A stretch of DNA of 64,000 bases from an uncultured Candidatus Binatia bacterium (GTDB lineage: Bacteria > Desulfobacterota > Binatia > Bin18). Positions 28,428 through 39,662 of the stretch are shown piece after piece (the first letter of the stretch is position 1; each line of letters opens with the position of its first letter). The position numbers and the translations under genes are program-made. Location: contig OZ243961.1 of the NCBI GenBank assembly GCA_965214605.1, positions 2,336,001 to 2,400,000 of the forward strand, written 5' to 3'. The notes under the pieces were generated by a model. It was not told the DNA's origin, did no database searches, and saw nothing but the letters and a program-made list of their open reading frames with translations.

Positions 28428-29453
28428 ATGGCAATGAACGGCAAACGCTATTGGGGTATTCTTCCGCTACAAACGGCGGCGCGGATTCTTGATGCGGCCA
28501 AGAGCGCCGAAGAGATGGGGCTGGACGGGCTGTGGGGTATTCAGCTACCCGGTCCGCCCTTTCTTCCCCTGGCAACCGCGGCGGGCGGAACCCACAGGCT
28601 GAAACTTGGCACTGGGGTGACGCTCGCTTTTACCCGGAGTCCATTTGAGACGGCGCTGTCCGCCCTGGATCTCGACCTGATTAGTGGCGGGCGGACAGTC
28701 TTGGGTATCGGTCCCAGCGTGCGCCGCTTTAACCAGAACTGGCACGGCGTGCCGTACGATCCTCCGTTGCCGCGTCTGCGCGAGGTGATTACCCTCATCC
28801 GTCTTGTCATCGAACAGGGACATCTGGGCACGCTTGGCAGGTGGCAGGGCCAGTACTACACGGTTGATTTCGGTGACCTGAACATCCTGCGCCCCCCGGT
28901 GCGCCCCAGTATCCCAATCTACCTGTCGGCCCTGTTTACCGGCGCGGTCCGGCTGGCCGGAGAACTTGGTGATGGGCTGGCTGGCCACCCGATCTGGTCG
29001 CCGGCTTGGATTCGAGACCAGGTGGAGCCGCATCTTGAGCAAGGGCTCAAAAAAGCCCAGAAAGACCGCCGCGATTTTGACCTCAATATCTGGGTCTATG
29101 TGGCGGTTCACCCCGATCGGCGTCAGGCCATTGCCGACGCGCGGGGAACGGTCGCCTTCTATTCGTCCATCGCCCAGTACGAGAAATACTTTACCGCCCA
29201 CGGGTTTGGCGAGGCGGCGCGCCGGGCTGCCCAGGCCGCTCAGGAGCAGGACCCTAAGGCCATGATTACCGCTATCCCAGACGATATGGTCGAGACCTTT
29301 GCGGTGGTTGGAACGGCCGACGAGGTACGCGCTCAGATCAACGCGCGTTGGGAAATGGCCGATTCCCTAACCCTGATGGAGCCCTCGTTTTTCTTACGGG
29401 CCGAACAGGTCGACGCCTATCGTCAGGCTCTTGTCGAGACTCTGTACCGCTGA
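28428..29453 (+). CDS. LLM class flavin/F420-dependent oxidoreductase
   Basis: LKLGTGVTLAFTRSP, LDLISGGRTVLGIG, IPIYLSA, AGELGDG. Confidence 0.92.
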   Translation: MAMNGKRYWGILPLQTAARILDAAKSAEEMGLDGLWGIQLPGPPFLPLATAAGGTHRLKLGTGVTLAFTRSPFETALSALDLDLISGGRTVLGIGPSVRRFNQNWHGVPYDPPLPRLREVITLIRLVIEQGHLGTLGRWQGQYYTVDFGDLNILRPPVRPSIPIYLSALFTGAVRLAGELGDGLAGHPIWSPAWIRDQVEPHLEQGLKKAQKDRRDFDLNIWVYVAVHPDRRQAIADARGTVAFYSSIAQYEKYFTAHGFGEAARRAAQAAQEQDPKAMITAIPDDMVETFAVVGTADEVRAQINARWEMADSLTLMEPSFFLRAEQVDAYRQALVETLYR

Positions 29454-29550
29454 GCCCTGGACTCCGCCCTGCTGGCATTGCTGTGGATACGATCCTCTGT
29501 TCATCGGGAAAGCGTCGGTTGCGGCGCAGCATCGGCTCTCGTCGCGCCTC

Positions 29551-29787
29551 TTATTTGTCCCGATACAGTTTGTCCAACTGGGCCAAGAGGTCTGCCCGGC
29601 TGCCAGCAGGAGCTTCTTCCTCGACGGCTGGGGGACGTGATCTGGGCTCGGTCGAGCGAGATTTATCCCGAAGTCGGCCTAGCTGGCTCTGGAGCTGGGC
29701 AATGACCCGCTCCTTGTCGGCCAGCTCTTGACGCAGCTGTCGGACTAGGGCCTCAAGCTCAGCCTGGCGGGGGAGGATGGTCGCCAT
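29551..29787 (-). CDS. Small coiled-coil hypothetical protein
   Basis: Heptad-like ELEALVRQLRQELADKERVIAQLQSQL; fills the intergenic gap. Confidence 0.65.
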   Translation of the reverse strand: MATILPRQAELEALVRQLRQELADKERVIAQLQSQLGRLRDKSRSTEPRSRPPAVEEEAPAGSRADLLAQLDKLYRDK

Positions 29788-29870
29788 AGCCTTGTCTCAT
29801 CACACGCCGCGCTCGTTTGCAATAGCCGAGGCTTTGACAAGCCAGCGCCCGATTGCTAGTCGGTACGAGT

Positions 29871-30929
29871 ATGAAGACAACCTTCCCGGACGGGCTGAGG
29901 GCGGCGGTCGAGCGAACCTGGGAAGCTGAGATTGTGGCGGTTGAGCCCTTGGTCGGTGACGCCTCAAGCCGCAGCTACTTACGCCTGCGCTTGCGCGGCG
30001 GTGGACCGCAGAGTGTGGTGGTGATGGTGTTAGCCGATAGCGCTCTCCCGCTGTCGTCAGAAGAACTGTCGGTTTTTTCTAAGCCGCTGACCGAGCTGCC
30101 GTACGTGAATGTTGATCGGTTTCTGCGGCCGCTCGGGATCCGTATTCCAGACCTGTATTACGACGGGCAAAAAGAGGGGTTTCTGCTGCTCGAAGATATT
30201 GGCAACACGCCGCTCCGCGAGGCCGTACAGGATTGTTCGGAAGCCGACACGGAAGCCCTGTACCGCCAGGCTATTGATCAATTGCTGTTACTCCAAATTC
30301 CCGGCACCCGCAAACACGACCCGGCGTGTATTGCCTTTCAGCAACGCTTTGATCGGCGGCTGTTTGTCTGGGAGTTTGAGCATTTTGTTGAGTGGGGACT
30401 CGAAAAGCGAGCCGGCAAACCGTTGCCGGAAGCAGACGCAAACGTGCTGCGTCCCTTGTTCGAAGACATTGCCGGACGTCTTGATCGTGCCCCGGCGTTT
30501 CTCAACCACCGCGACTATCACAGCTGGAATCTGTTTGTACACGATCAGGAGATTCGCGTCATTGATTTCCAAGACGCGCTCCTAGGTCCGGCAACGTACG
30601 ATCTGGCGACCTTGCTGAACGACCGGGATACGCCGTCGGTGATTCCCCCCCGCTTAGAGCACAAGCTGGTCGAATATTATTATGACGCCTGGCACCAGGC
30701 CGGTGGGGATACGCTCTCGCACGACGCTGTGTGGCAAGAGTACAACCTGTGCCTCCTCCAGAAAGCGTGCAAAGTGGTCGGCCGGTTTTATTATTTGGAG
30801 CTGGAAAAGCACAAGACCGGCTACAGTCGCTATATTCCGCCGACCTTGGCAACCATCCGTCGGACGCTTGAACGACTGCCCCAGTATCGCTCCTTGCAGG
30901 ATATTGTGGCCCAGCATTTTCCCGACTAG
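29871..30929 (+). CDS. amgK: Aminoglycoside phosphotransferase family, AmgK-like MurNAc/GlcNAc kinase
   Basis: GDASSRSYLR, LLLEDIG, HRDYHSWNL, IDFQDALLGP..YDL; adjacent to a nucleotidyltransferase. Confidence 0.8.
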   Translation: MKTTFPDGLRAAVERTWEAEIVAVEPLVGDASSRSYLRLRLRGGGPQSVVVMVLADSALPLSSEELSVFSKPLTELPYVNVDRFLRPLGIRIPDLYYDGQKEGFLLLEDIGNTPLREAVQDCSEADTEALYRQAIDQLLLLQIPGTRKHDPACIAFQQRFDRRLFVWEFEHFVEWGLEKRAGKPLPEADANVLRPLFEDIAGRLDRAPAFLNHRDYHSWNLFVHDQEIRVIDFQDALLGPATYDLATLLNDRDTPSVIPPRLEHKLVEYYYDAWHQAGGDTLSHDAVWQEYNLCLLQKACKVVGRFYYLELEKHKTGYSRYIPPTLATIRRTLERLPQYRSLQDIVAQHFPD

Positions 30930-30931
30930 CC

Positions 30932-31666
30932 ATGCGTGCCATGATTCTGGCCGCGGGCTTAGGAACACGCCTGCGGCCGCTTACCGACACAACGCCCAAG
31001 GCCCTGATTGAGGTGGCCGGCCGACCGTTGATTGAGTACGCCTTACGCTTTGTGCGCTCACAAGGCATCCGCCGGGTTGTCATTAACCTGCATCACCTGG
31101 GCAACCAGATCCGGGCCAGGCTGGGCGACGGGGAGGCCTACGATGTCCAGATTACCTACTCTGTCGAGGAACGGCTACTGGAGACCGGGGGTGGGGTGAA
31201 GCAGGCTCAGGCATTTCTAGACGGTGGGACGTTTCTCGTCGTCAACTCGGACGCTATTCTTGACCTTGACTTGACCGCGGTTGTCCGCGCTCACCGCCGT
31301 AATCGGGCAGTGGCAACCCTGGTCCTGCGCCCCGATCCGGAGGCGGCCGACTACGGCCTGTTGGAGATTGACGCCGTGGGCCGCCTCCGACGCTTGCGCG
31401 GCAAGCCGGAGGCGGTGGACGCCGGACCGCTGTCGTCCTATATGTTCACCGGCTGTCAGATTCTTGAGCCGCGAATTTTTGACTTCATGCCAGAGGGCCA
31501 AGCCTTCAGCCTCACCCGTGACACCTATGTCTGCCTGTTGCGGGCTGGGGAGCCGGTGTACGGCTTTATTCATACCGGCCCCTGGATGGTGGTGGACGAT
31601 GCCCGGGGTGTTGACCGGGCGACGCGGTCGATTCGCTCAGGCCGGCTGCGCCTTGCGTATGTCTAG
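30932..31666 (+). CDS. murU: Nucleotidyltransferase, MurU-like
   Basis: MILAAGLGTRLRPLTDTTPKAL, INLHHL, LETGGG, VVNSD. Confidence 0.8.
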   Translation: MRAMILAAGLGTRLRPLTDTTPKALIEVAGRPLIEYALRFVRSQGIRRVVINLHHLGNQIRARLGDGEAYDVQITYSVEERLLETGGGVKQAQAFLDGGTFLVVNSDAILDLDLTAVVRAHRRNRAVATLVLRPDPEAADYGLLEIDAVGRLRRLRGKPEAVDAGPLSSYMFTGCQILEPRIFDFMPEGQAFSLTRDTYVCLLRAGEPVYGFIHTGPWMVVDDARGVDRATRSIRSGRLRLAYV

Positions 31667-32385
31667 CCGGCTCCGATGTGGGCAAAGTTCTCTAGGCAGC
31701 GCTGGGCCGCCGGTGCTTCTTGGACGGTTGATAGCAGCCACTCGCGCAGGGACGGCTGGGCCGGCTTGGCGGGGAACGCTTTGGGAGGCAGGGCTGAGGC
31801 CAGGCTATGAATCAGGTTGCGTAGTATTGCCGAGGTGAACTCAGGATGAAACTGGGTCCCCCAGATGCGCTGGCCGAGTCGAAACGCCTGGTAGGGCCAG
31901 TGACCGTTGTCGGCTAGCACGACCGCATCTGCAGGCAGGCTGGTGACCACGTCGCCGTGGCTCATCTGGACCAAAAAGGATCTCCCAACGCCTGAGAACA
32001 GGGGGTCTGTCTGCCCCTCGGCAGTGAGACGGAGGCTGACCGTTCCGAGCTCCCAGCCCCGGGGACAGGGTTCAACCGTGCCGCCAAAGGCTTGGGCGAC
32101 GAGTTGATGGCCGAAACACACGCCGTAGATCGGCACCTCCCGGTCAGCCGCTCGTCTCAGAAAGTCCTCACTGCGGGCGATCCAGGCCTCGTCGTCGTAG
32201 GTGGAGGCCGGCGAGCCGGTGGCAATGATGCCAGCCCAACTGGTGTCGGCCGGCGTTTCTTTACGCGCGTCGACCACCGCGCACCGCTCGTCGCCGAGCA
32301 GGTTCAGAAACGCCCGCTCATACGGGCCGAGCTGTTCGGTCACTCGCCGCGGCAGCTCTCCAGTCTTGAGAATCAAGAATTTCAT
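31663..32385 (-). CDS. Class I glutamine amidotransferase-like protein
   Basis: TGSP, GVCFGHQ, SHGD, QFHPE. Confidence 0.92.
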   Translation of the reverse strand: MKFLILKTGELPRRVTEQLGPYERAFLNLLGDERCAVVDARKETPADTSWAGIIATGSPASTYDDEAWIARSEDFLRRAADREVPIYGVCFGHQLVAQAFGGTVEPCPRGWELGTVSLRLTAEGQTDPLFSGVGRSFLVQMSHGDVVTSLPADAVVLADNGHWPYQAFRLGQRIWGTQFHPEFTSAILRNLIHSLASALPPKAFPAKPAQPSLREWLLSTVQEAPAAQRCLENFAHIGAG

Positions 32386-32784
32386 GCCTCTTGTACTCTT
32401 CTCCGGAACTCCTCCGGTGTTCGTCCGATATCACACGTGCGGGTGGGAGGCAGCGCAAGGCCCAGCCCGGATGGTGTGGAGTAATGAGTTGTGGTTCCTC
32501 TATCTGGGTGACGGTGGCGACCCTTCCGGCGCGTTCCGGTAAACCCTAGATGGAGCAGACGGTTTTCCATTGTGGCCGCACCGACGGTCGGGAGGTTCCT
32601 CACGCCATTACCGCAGTCTACTGACTTCCGATTCTCCGACACTCCCGCTTTTCCTCTACACACGGCTCATCAATTTTCTGAAGGTTGTGGCAAGTCCCAG
32701 AATAGTGCCGCCAAAAAGTCGTGTCTTGGGATTGACCTCAATGGAGTGGTGATAAAGGGGGGGTGGCATCGCTCATTCCCTCCA

Positions 32785-33888
32785 TTAGCGGTCCCGATGG
32801 TCGCGCGCCTGACCGGGGGCCTTGGGGTGGGCGTAGGGGTGGGGACGATCGGTTGCGACCTCGAACGGAATGGCCTCTAAGCGGGCCATTCCGTCTTTGT
32901 AGGCGGCGATAAGACGATCTTCGCCCTCATAATTAAACGGGTCCTGGAGTCGTTTCTCGATTTCTCCGCCCCGTTCTGGTTGGTGCTCAACATACCATTT
33001 GACGGTTCTGGCCAGGGCGTCTTCGACGGTGTAGATATCGGCATAGCCGAGCTGCTTCTTGATTTTGGTCAGATCAACAACCCGATGGTGGGAGCTCTGC
33101 TGCATGGCGTACGGATGGGACGGGCGGGCGATGGGGTGCGGCATACTGACAATATCCCACTCGTGATCCAGCTCTTTGGCAATAACCTCAACGACCTGTC
33201 GGAGGCTGAGCTGTTGTTCGTCGCCACAGTTATAGAGCTGACCAGCCGAGGCTTCCGGCTGATCTACAGCTAGTAAGACGGCCTGGGCCAGGTTGCCGGC
33301 ATAGCCGTGGGTAAACAGCATCAGGCCGGCGTCCGGTACAATAATATGTGGCCGCTTATCCAAGATGCGCCGGATGATGCTCCACTCGCGGGGGACGAGT
33401 TGATACGGGCCATAGACGTAGGGATAACGAAAGTAGGCCGCGGTCGGGTGGGTTTCTAAAACTGCCTGTTCGGTCTGGGCGATCAGATACGCAAAGCGCA
33501 GTTCTTCTTCACTATCAACCACCGGCGCGTCTTCTGGAACCGCTACCTTTAGGCCGGGTGGGAACAGGGCGTAGGCGTCCATATAGCCCCGATAGCTAGC
33601 TACCCCACCGACCCCGACAAAGCGCCCGACTTTGCCGACCAAGGCTTCGGCCACAAAGCGGATACGGCCATAGGTCACTACGGCCAGATCAAACGTCCGT
33701 CTTCCTAATGCCTTGTCAATGGTTTCCCGAAAGTGCGGGTCGCCGTGGATATGTTCGACCTGGGGGGGAATCTCGGGAATTTCGTGGGTCCCACGGTGAA
33801 AAATCGTGACCTCATAGCCCCGCTCAATCAGGCCATTGACGATAAACGGACCGGTTGGGCCAGTCCCTCCAACGACGAGTGCTTTCAT
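32785..33888 (-). CDS. NAD-dependent epimerase/dehydratase family protein
   Basis: LVVGGTGPTG, FHRG, RYPYVYGP. Confidence 0.88.
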   Translation of the reverse strand: MKALVVGGTGPTGPFIVNGLIERGYEVTIFHRGTHEIPEIPPQVEHIHGDPHFRETIDKALGRRTFDLAVVTYGRIRFVAEALVGKVGRFVGVGGVASYRGYMDAYALFPPGLKVAVPEDAPVVDSEEELRFAYLIAQTEQAVLETHPTAAYFRYPYVYGPYQLVPREWSIIRRILDKRPHIIVPDAGLMLFTHGYAGNLAQAVLLAVDQPEASAGQLYNCGDEQQLSLRQVVEVIAKELDHEWDIVSMPHPIARPSHPYAMQQSSHHRVVDLTKIKKQLGYADIYTVEDALARTVKWYVEHQPERGGEIEKRLQDPFNYEGEDRLIAAYKDGMARLEAIPFEVATDRPHPYAHPKAPGQARDHRDR

Positions 33889-34190
33889 TGGTCCTCCTCA
33901 CTTTGTGACTCATCCCTTTTGCCTTCAATAAAGCGGCTAGCGAGGCCCGTTCGTCCCTGTCGGAATACTGACAACCGGGACTGAGCCGTTCAGAGAGCAC
34001 GATAGACGGCGCTCCCGCTCGTCCTGTTCTTGACGGCTTTCAGCAGCCACAACTTCCGTTTCCTCAGCAATGCGGTGCTCCTGGCTCTTTTTCCGTCGTT
34101 TTTAGAATGCGCTCCTCCCTTCCTGGCAACGCTCGCTTATATTCCCCAAATAGTGATGGTGAAGGGAAAGAGCCAGAAAACGATACGGAT

Positions 34191-34430
34191 TCAATGAGAG
34201 CGATACGGACATTCTCCGCAAGTCTGATACGGCTGGGTATCGGCAGCAATGATCCACATGATGCGGCGAACCTGCGCCCGCAGCCAGAGATCCGCAGGTA
34301 ACATCGGCGGGCCGTCATGGTCGAACCAGTCTTCGATCAGATCAATGATCGGACCCGATTGAGTCATCTTTCTTCCGTCCGGCAGCAACAGTACGGGTAC
34401 GCGCCCCTCCGGGTTGAATGCATTCAGATC
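34191..34430 (-). pseudogene. Glutathione S-transferase (maleylacetoacetate isomerase-like) fragment
   Basis: NPEGRVPVL..TQSGPIIDLIE..LPADLWLRAQVR..IAADTQPYQ; lacks both termini. Confidence 0.75.
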
Positions 34431-34809
34431 CGTCGTACCCAGTCCTCTGTTTCGGGATCGTTTTTCGGCATGGTGTGAACGGGGATACTGCGGTCATCGG
34501 TGCCGAAACCCATACTCACTAGGGTTACTTGCGAAGACAGTACGCCACGACACTGTAAATACAGCGTCCCTCACATCGAGGCGCTGCTGGTGTGGTGGTA
34601 GTACAGTAGTACAGGCGGAGTGGACCGTCCGTCGGGAAACTACGTTTGGCCATGAAGTTCCTCAAAGGACAGGACATGCTTTACTTTGTCCCTCTCAGAT
34701 GCAGTGGATACTGCGGGTTGGCAACCGGCACTCACCTGTCGGATAAAAGATTAGTACGTCCCCGATATCCCCCGACGCAGCGAGGAGAGCGCTGCGTCGG
34801 GTTGTCTTC

Positions 34810-36084
34810 TTAGAAGAAGATAAAGGATCGAACGACCACGTTCTTGCGACAGGGAGCGTCTTCGGGCGTGGTTGGGTCGATGCAGGCGGAGTGGAACGAC
34901 CAACGCGAGACGGAGCCGTCGGTGACCGAGTCGTAGCACTTGAGCATCGACACTTCGGTCGACGTCTGCTGCGGAAACCAGTACCACTCGTGGTTGGGTC
35001 GGTAGGTGAAGCGGGTGGTCTCGCCAACGCGGTCGTCGTAGATACGGTAGTTGGTGATATACGGTTGGTCGGCGAAAGAGGGCCAGGCGCAGAGCACGAA
35101 GGGGTTCTGGCGCACGGTCTCCATCGGCTTGGCAAGATTGATCGACATGAACCGCCGCGACATCTTCGCGTCGGCCTCTGCCTCCGTGTAGTGCTGCTTG
35201 CGCCCGAAGTTGCGCAGGTTCTTCGTCAGCAGCTCGCGGCAACGCACGCGGCCACTGTTGTCGTTCAGGTCGTTGTGCACGATGTTGGCGTAGAAGGTGT
35301 TGACCCCCGGATCCCTGTTGTCCTGATCCTCCCTGACGGTGCCTTTGTAATCCTTGTTAAACACGTCGTGGTTGTACACGAGCGCATCGGTCACACCGGG
35401 GAAGAAATCGAGGAGGAGTTTCTCTATCTCCGGGTAGAACACGCGCTCCACCTCGGCCGCGTCGTAGAAATTCTGGCACTTCGATTCGCAGTGGGCGAGC
35501 GAGACGCCGAGCTTGTCCATGCACTCGGGGCTCGTGGGCGAGAGACCGGGGTAGTACTCTTCCATGCGTCGCGCGTCGCGCAGTATCTGCGGGAAATAGA
35601 GGCCTCGCCGCCCGATCTCCTGCTCTTCCTTGCGAAACATTTTTGCCTCGGCCGCGCGCGCCGGGTCCCGCCAGATGGCGTTGGACGAGACGATGGAGTA
35701 GGACGGCTGTTCGTGGACGGTGTAGCGTAGCGGAAGTGCGACGCCGCCTTCAGGAGCCTCGATGTTGCTCGTCCGAATATATTCCAGGCACTCTGCGTAG
35801 CTACGAAAGCCGAGGCCCCACTTGGTCTCGACCGGGCCGGGGGGAGCGTTCTCGATCATGTCGATGACCGCTTGCCCTTCACCCTCGGCAACCTGGCGGA
35901 GCGCCTCCTCCATTGCCGCGGCAGTTCCCGCATCTCCGTCCTGATCGAACGACATATAGGATAAACCGCCGTTCGCCGCGATGGGTGGGGGCTGCCCTAC
36001 TGTGAGTTGGAAGGGAGGCACATAGGCCGATGAATCTCTCTCCGTAACCCCCACACTGTTGTTCTCGATGGTATTGAGCCCCAT
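34810..36084 (-). CDS. CmcJ/NvfI (AsaB-like) family oxidoreductase with an extra N-terminal region
   Basis: FYPEIEKLL, VHND, INLAKP..PFVLC, HEWYWFPQQ..EV..LKCYDS, SFHSA..DP..R..VVR. Confidence 0.78.
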   Translation of the reverse strand: MGLNTIENNSVGVTERDSSAYVPPFQLTVGQPPPIAANGGLSYMSFDQDGDAGTAAAMEEALRQVAEGEGQAVIDMIENAPPGPVETKWGLGFRSYAECLEYIRTSNIEAPEGGVALPLRYTVHEQPSYSIVSSNAIWRDPARAAEAKMFRKEEQEIGRRGLYFPQILRDARRMEEYYPGLSPTSPECMDKLGVSLAHCESKCQNFYDAAEVERVFYPEIEKLLLDFFPGVTDALVYNHDVFNKDYKGTVREDQDNRDPGVNTFYANIVHNDLNDNSGRVRCRELLTKNLRNFGRKQHYTEAEADAKMSRRFMSINLAKPMETVRQNPFVLCAWPSFADQPYITNYRIYDDRVGETTRFTYRPNHEWYWFPQQTSTEVSMLKCYDSVTDGSVSRWSFHSACIDPTTPEDAPCRKNVVVRSFIFF

Positions 36085-37128
36085 AACATGTCCTCCAATT
36101 AAAGATAGCCGATCGTGTCACACGGGATTTGTCTTTGCAAGGGCCTTCCTGGTTACACGAACGTCATTGTTTATTGAGCGTTCGAGATCGCGGCTTTCCT
36201 CCTGCCGTTCGTGAGGCAACCCTGCCAGTCCCTGACCGCTTGCCATCATACTGAAATGGTCTTAAGCGGCAACGCTTGTCTCTGAAGATAGAGCGTGCTG
36301 GTCTGCGACCAGACAAAAGGGGGGACCCATAGGATCCGACAAACTATCAAACGACGAATGACGTGGCTGTCGTCCGAGCGACTGTTCCGCAGCTTATACT
36401 TGCTGACGGCAAGACTTGTGTAAGCCAAGCCCTTACTAAGAATGAGTAGTGGGCAGCGGCCCAGATCGTTAGACAGGAAAATCTGCTTCCCCTTATCGAA
36501 AGCCTTTTACTCCTCAAGCAGTGGAACGCTCTTACCGAGGCCCTCCACATCTCCAGCGCGTGATACGGAAAGACATATATTCCCTCTGCACTAGGGGATT
36601 TGATTTACTGGGCGGGCCTTCAAGAGCGTGAAGCGCATGGTTAGCAGAGTCTCCGGATTGGAAGCATCTTGAATGCGTTGACGTTTCATCCGAGAGGCCC
36701 ACTCCATACGGCTTTCTGATGACGAATGGGAGAAATTGACACGCCGGCTTGGACGGATTCGACAGGAGTGAGGGAAGCTAGCATGAATACCCGGCTCGAA
36801 GGTGCATAGGGTGAGAGACGTGAAATGCGGAACATAACGGAGGGAGACGCACTCTGAATTGGTCTGTTTCCCAAGATAACCCCGCTCTGGTGCGAAACGG
36901 TTTAGAGGGCGTCCTAGCGTGACCTATGCCTGCTGGCGCGGCCAGACGGTTGTTCACTCACAGTGGTCACCCGATTCGGGCGGCAGTGGGACAAGCGGAC
37001 ACGTCGCGCGGTACTGACCGGTATCCTTGACAGCCATACGATTCACCACACGGACGGCCTCGAAGTCCTAGACGGACACGAACCGTTGGCCGGGCGGCAA
37101 CGGGTGCGTATTGCCGGCTTCACATGAC

Positions 37129-37560
37129 TCACCCACGAGTCTGTGGAGCCGCGACGATCTGGGGGAATCTCACAGCAAGGTCTGTTGCGGACATGCCGCG
37201 AAACCGCTCCACCAACGCCAAGGCACCCGCCTCAAGCGCCGCAAGACCCGCGTCGTCGTCCGAAGTCTCGACCGCGCGAACTTCGAGGTTGGCCGCAGCA
37301 AAGAGAGGAAGATATTCGGACGAGCGCAGCCGGTTCGTGGAGGCGAATGAATTGTCGGCGTACCGCGCCCACGCCTCGGCATCGACTTGCAGGAAGTTGA
37401 CACTGGAGATAGTCGGGTCGGTGGGGATAAAGTGAGCCCCGTGATCAATCAGATGCGCCCACAGGCCGTCCGGCTTCAGCAACCGGGCCGCTGTGTCCAG
37501 GATGCGGCGCAGCCCGGCCCCCTAGCACGCTGCTGGACACGTGCATGTCTAGGCTCATAG
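37129..37560 (-). pseudogene. Class I SAM-dependent methyltransferase, C-terminal fragment
   Basis: HVSSSVL../LRRILDTAARLLKPDGLWAHLID..H..NFL..NRLRSSEY; frameshifted, no N-terminus. Confidence 0.6.
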
Positions 37561-37925
37561 TGGGCAGGTCGAGGTAACCGGCGTTGGCTGGCGCCATGGA
37601 GGTGACGGTGCAAAGCGAGAGGACCGATTCGATCAACGCGACCGGGCATCCAACGCCAACAGCCGCTCGACCGTATCCTCTTCTCCGGCACTGCGACCCA
37701 GAGCCTCGACGAGCCACGAACGGTTGGCGCGGTATCAGTCCAAATGGCGAGCACCCGCCACGGCTTGAGGTTACACGCAGCGTCCACCGCCGTGATACGC
37801 CGAGCGCCCAGCAGCCACCAGAATGGAAAAGTTCAGACTCTGCCCTGTCCCAACTTCCAGGACCGCGGCGTTCTACACCGGCCGATGCGCCCGTATTGTA
37901 TCCACCAGCGCCGAGGCTCTCTTCC

Positions 37926-39662
37926 TCAACAAGAAATCACCGGCAACACCAGATGCGACGGATAGCGAGCATCATGAAAAATCGTTTGCTGCGCGGTCTC
38001 GAGTTCGCTATCGCTCCCGAAGTCGTGACCTGTATTTGGATTGCGGTCGTAGCGGGGAAAGTTGCTTGAGGAGACTTCGAGTCGGAAGCGGTGGCCAGCC
38101 TTGAACACATGGCTCGTAGACCACAGATCGATGGTATAGTGGTATACCTCGCCCGGTCTGATCAGGGACGGCGAGGTGTGTGACTCGCGGAAACGGGCCC
38201 GGATAACCCCCTCGACAATGTTCTGAGCGTAGCCGTCCGGACGCAGGTCGATGAGCTTGGCGGTAAAGTCGGTATCGGGCGCCGAAGACGCCGCGTATAA
38301 ACTGAGAGAAACCGGACCGGTTACCTCAACATCTTCGCTCAAGACCTCTCCGGTATACACCAGCACGTCTTCCCGGCGCTCAATCTTGGTTTGATCCAGC
38401 ACCCCCATGGCCATACCCAGAGTAGTCCCGCCCCGGGTGGGAACCGGATCATGCGGATCGTACACATAGTGGTCTTGGGGCTCTTCGTTCGGGGCCACCA
38501 TAGACAGGCCGCCGTCTCCGTTGAGGCTGTTGGCTTTCCCGGCGCTGTGCAGATACAGGTTGGTATAGCGCGTGCGCGCCAGTGGCCACTCGTTTTCGTC
38601 CCGCCAGCGGTTGTCGCCCATCACAAACAGCCGAATCGGTGCTTCGTCGCCAACACCGTTTTCGACTCCCTTGAGGAAATAATCAAACCAGCGCAGCTGT
38701 ATGTCATGCAACGCAATCAGGGCTTCCGGACCAAAGTCGATGCCACCCGTCCCCCGCGAGGTGGGCTGAGCGTAGGGCAGCAGGTGGGCCCAGGGACCCA
38801 TCAACAGCCGTTGGTTTTGACGCGCCTCTTGGGTGAAGGCCCGCTCCCGCAAACCGCTATACATGCTCAGGGTGTCATGCTGAAACACATCATACCACGA
38901 TCCTACATGCAGCATCGGCACGTTGATGTTGTGCAGCTGACGGCGCAGATCAAGGGCTTGCCAGTACGGACCGTCTTGTGGATGGTTGAGAAAATCGGCA
39001 AAATACGGCGCGCCGTCTCTAAACCGTTCAGCCCAGTCTTTGAGCGGCAGCTGACGGTATTCCTCCTTTTTGAGGGGAGACATGGGCAGATCTGGATAGG
39101 CGACCGAGGCGTCGAGAATTGGCTTGGACTGCTCATACAGACCTTTGCGTTCCAGGGTGTTGCGCTGCATGGTGGTGAAGTAGGCGAGCATCCAGCCCAA
39201 CTCGAACACCCCGCGTCGATAGGTGCAGTTCTCGTAATAGGTGACCGGACCTGAGACGGGACTCATCGCTCTCAGATGAGGCGGTCGCTCAGGCGCGGCA
39301 AAGTACTGGACTAGACCGAGATAGGACTGGCCGACCGTGCCAACCTGACCGTCGGACCACGGCAGGCCCGCCGCCCACTCAATGGTATCGTAGCCGTCTC
39401 GACCTTCATAAATAAAGGGATAAAAATCGCCCTCTGAACGAAAGCGGCCTCGGGTATCTTGAACGACCACGACATAGCCACGCGACGGAAAATAGTCTTT
39501 CTCGGTCAGCGCCATATCTAGGCTTTTATCGTACGGCGTGCGGACAACCAGAACGGGAAACCGCCCATCCGTATCCGGCCGATACACATCCGCGTAGAGC
39601 GTCACGCCGTCACGCGTCTGCATGGCAAGGTCTCTGTCTACAACAACGCGATGGGTGGTCAT
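37926..39662 (-). CDS. CocE/NonD family hydrolase
   Basis: RDGVTLYADVYRP, RTPY, QDTRGRFRSEG, GQSYLG, GSWYD, GPWAH, SSNFPRYDRN. Confidence 0.96.
   Translation of the reverse strand: MTTHRVVVDRDLAMQTRDGVTLYADVYRPDTDGRFPVLVVRTPYDKSLDMALTEKDYFPSRGYVVVVQDTRGRFRSEGDFYPFIYEGRDGYDTIEWAAGLPWSDGQVGTVGQSYLGLVQYFAAPERPPHLRAMSPVSGPVTYYENCTYRRGVFELGWMLAYFTTMQRNTLERKGLYEQSKPILDASVAYPDLPMSPLKKEEYRQLPLKDWAERFRDGAPYFADFLNHPQDGPYWQALDLRRQLHNINVPMLHVGSWYDVFQHDTLSMYSGLRERAFTQEARQNQRLLMGPWAHLLPYAQPTSRGTGGIDFGPEALIALHDIQLRWFDYFLKGVENGVGDEAPIRLFVMGDNRWRDENEWPLARTRYTNLYLHSAGKANSLNGDGGLSMVAPNEEPQDHYVYDPHDPVPTRGGTTLGMAMGVLDQTKIERREDVLVYTGEVLSEDVEVTGPVSLSLYAASSAPDTDFTAKLIDLRPDGYAQNIVEGVIRARFRESHTSPSLIRPGEVYHYTIDLWSTSHVFKAGHRFRLEVSSSNFPRYDRNPNTGHDFGSDSELETAQQTIFHDARYPSHLVLPVISC

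Noticed and set aside
29871-31666. Phosphotransferase as an antibiotic resistance gene
   Set aside because: Motifs and pairing with a nucleotidyltransferase match the known AmgK-MurU peptidoglycan recycling pathway
36745-36800. ggattcgacagg..gcatg resembling a tmRNA 5' end
   Set aside because: No GGGG acceptor stem, tag frame or 3' T-arm/CCA found; reads better as the end of a degraded ORF
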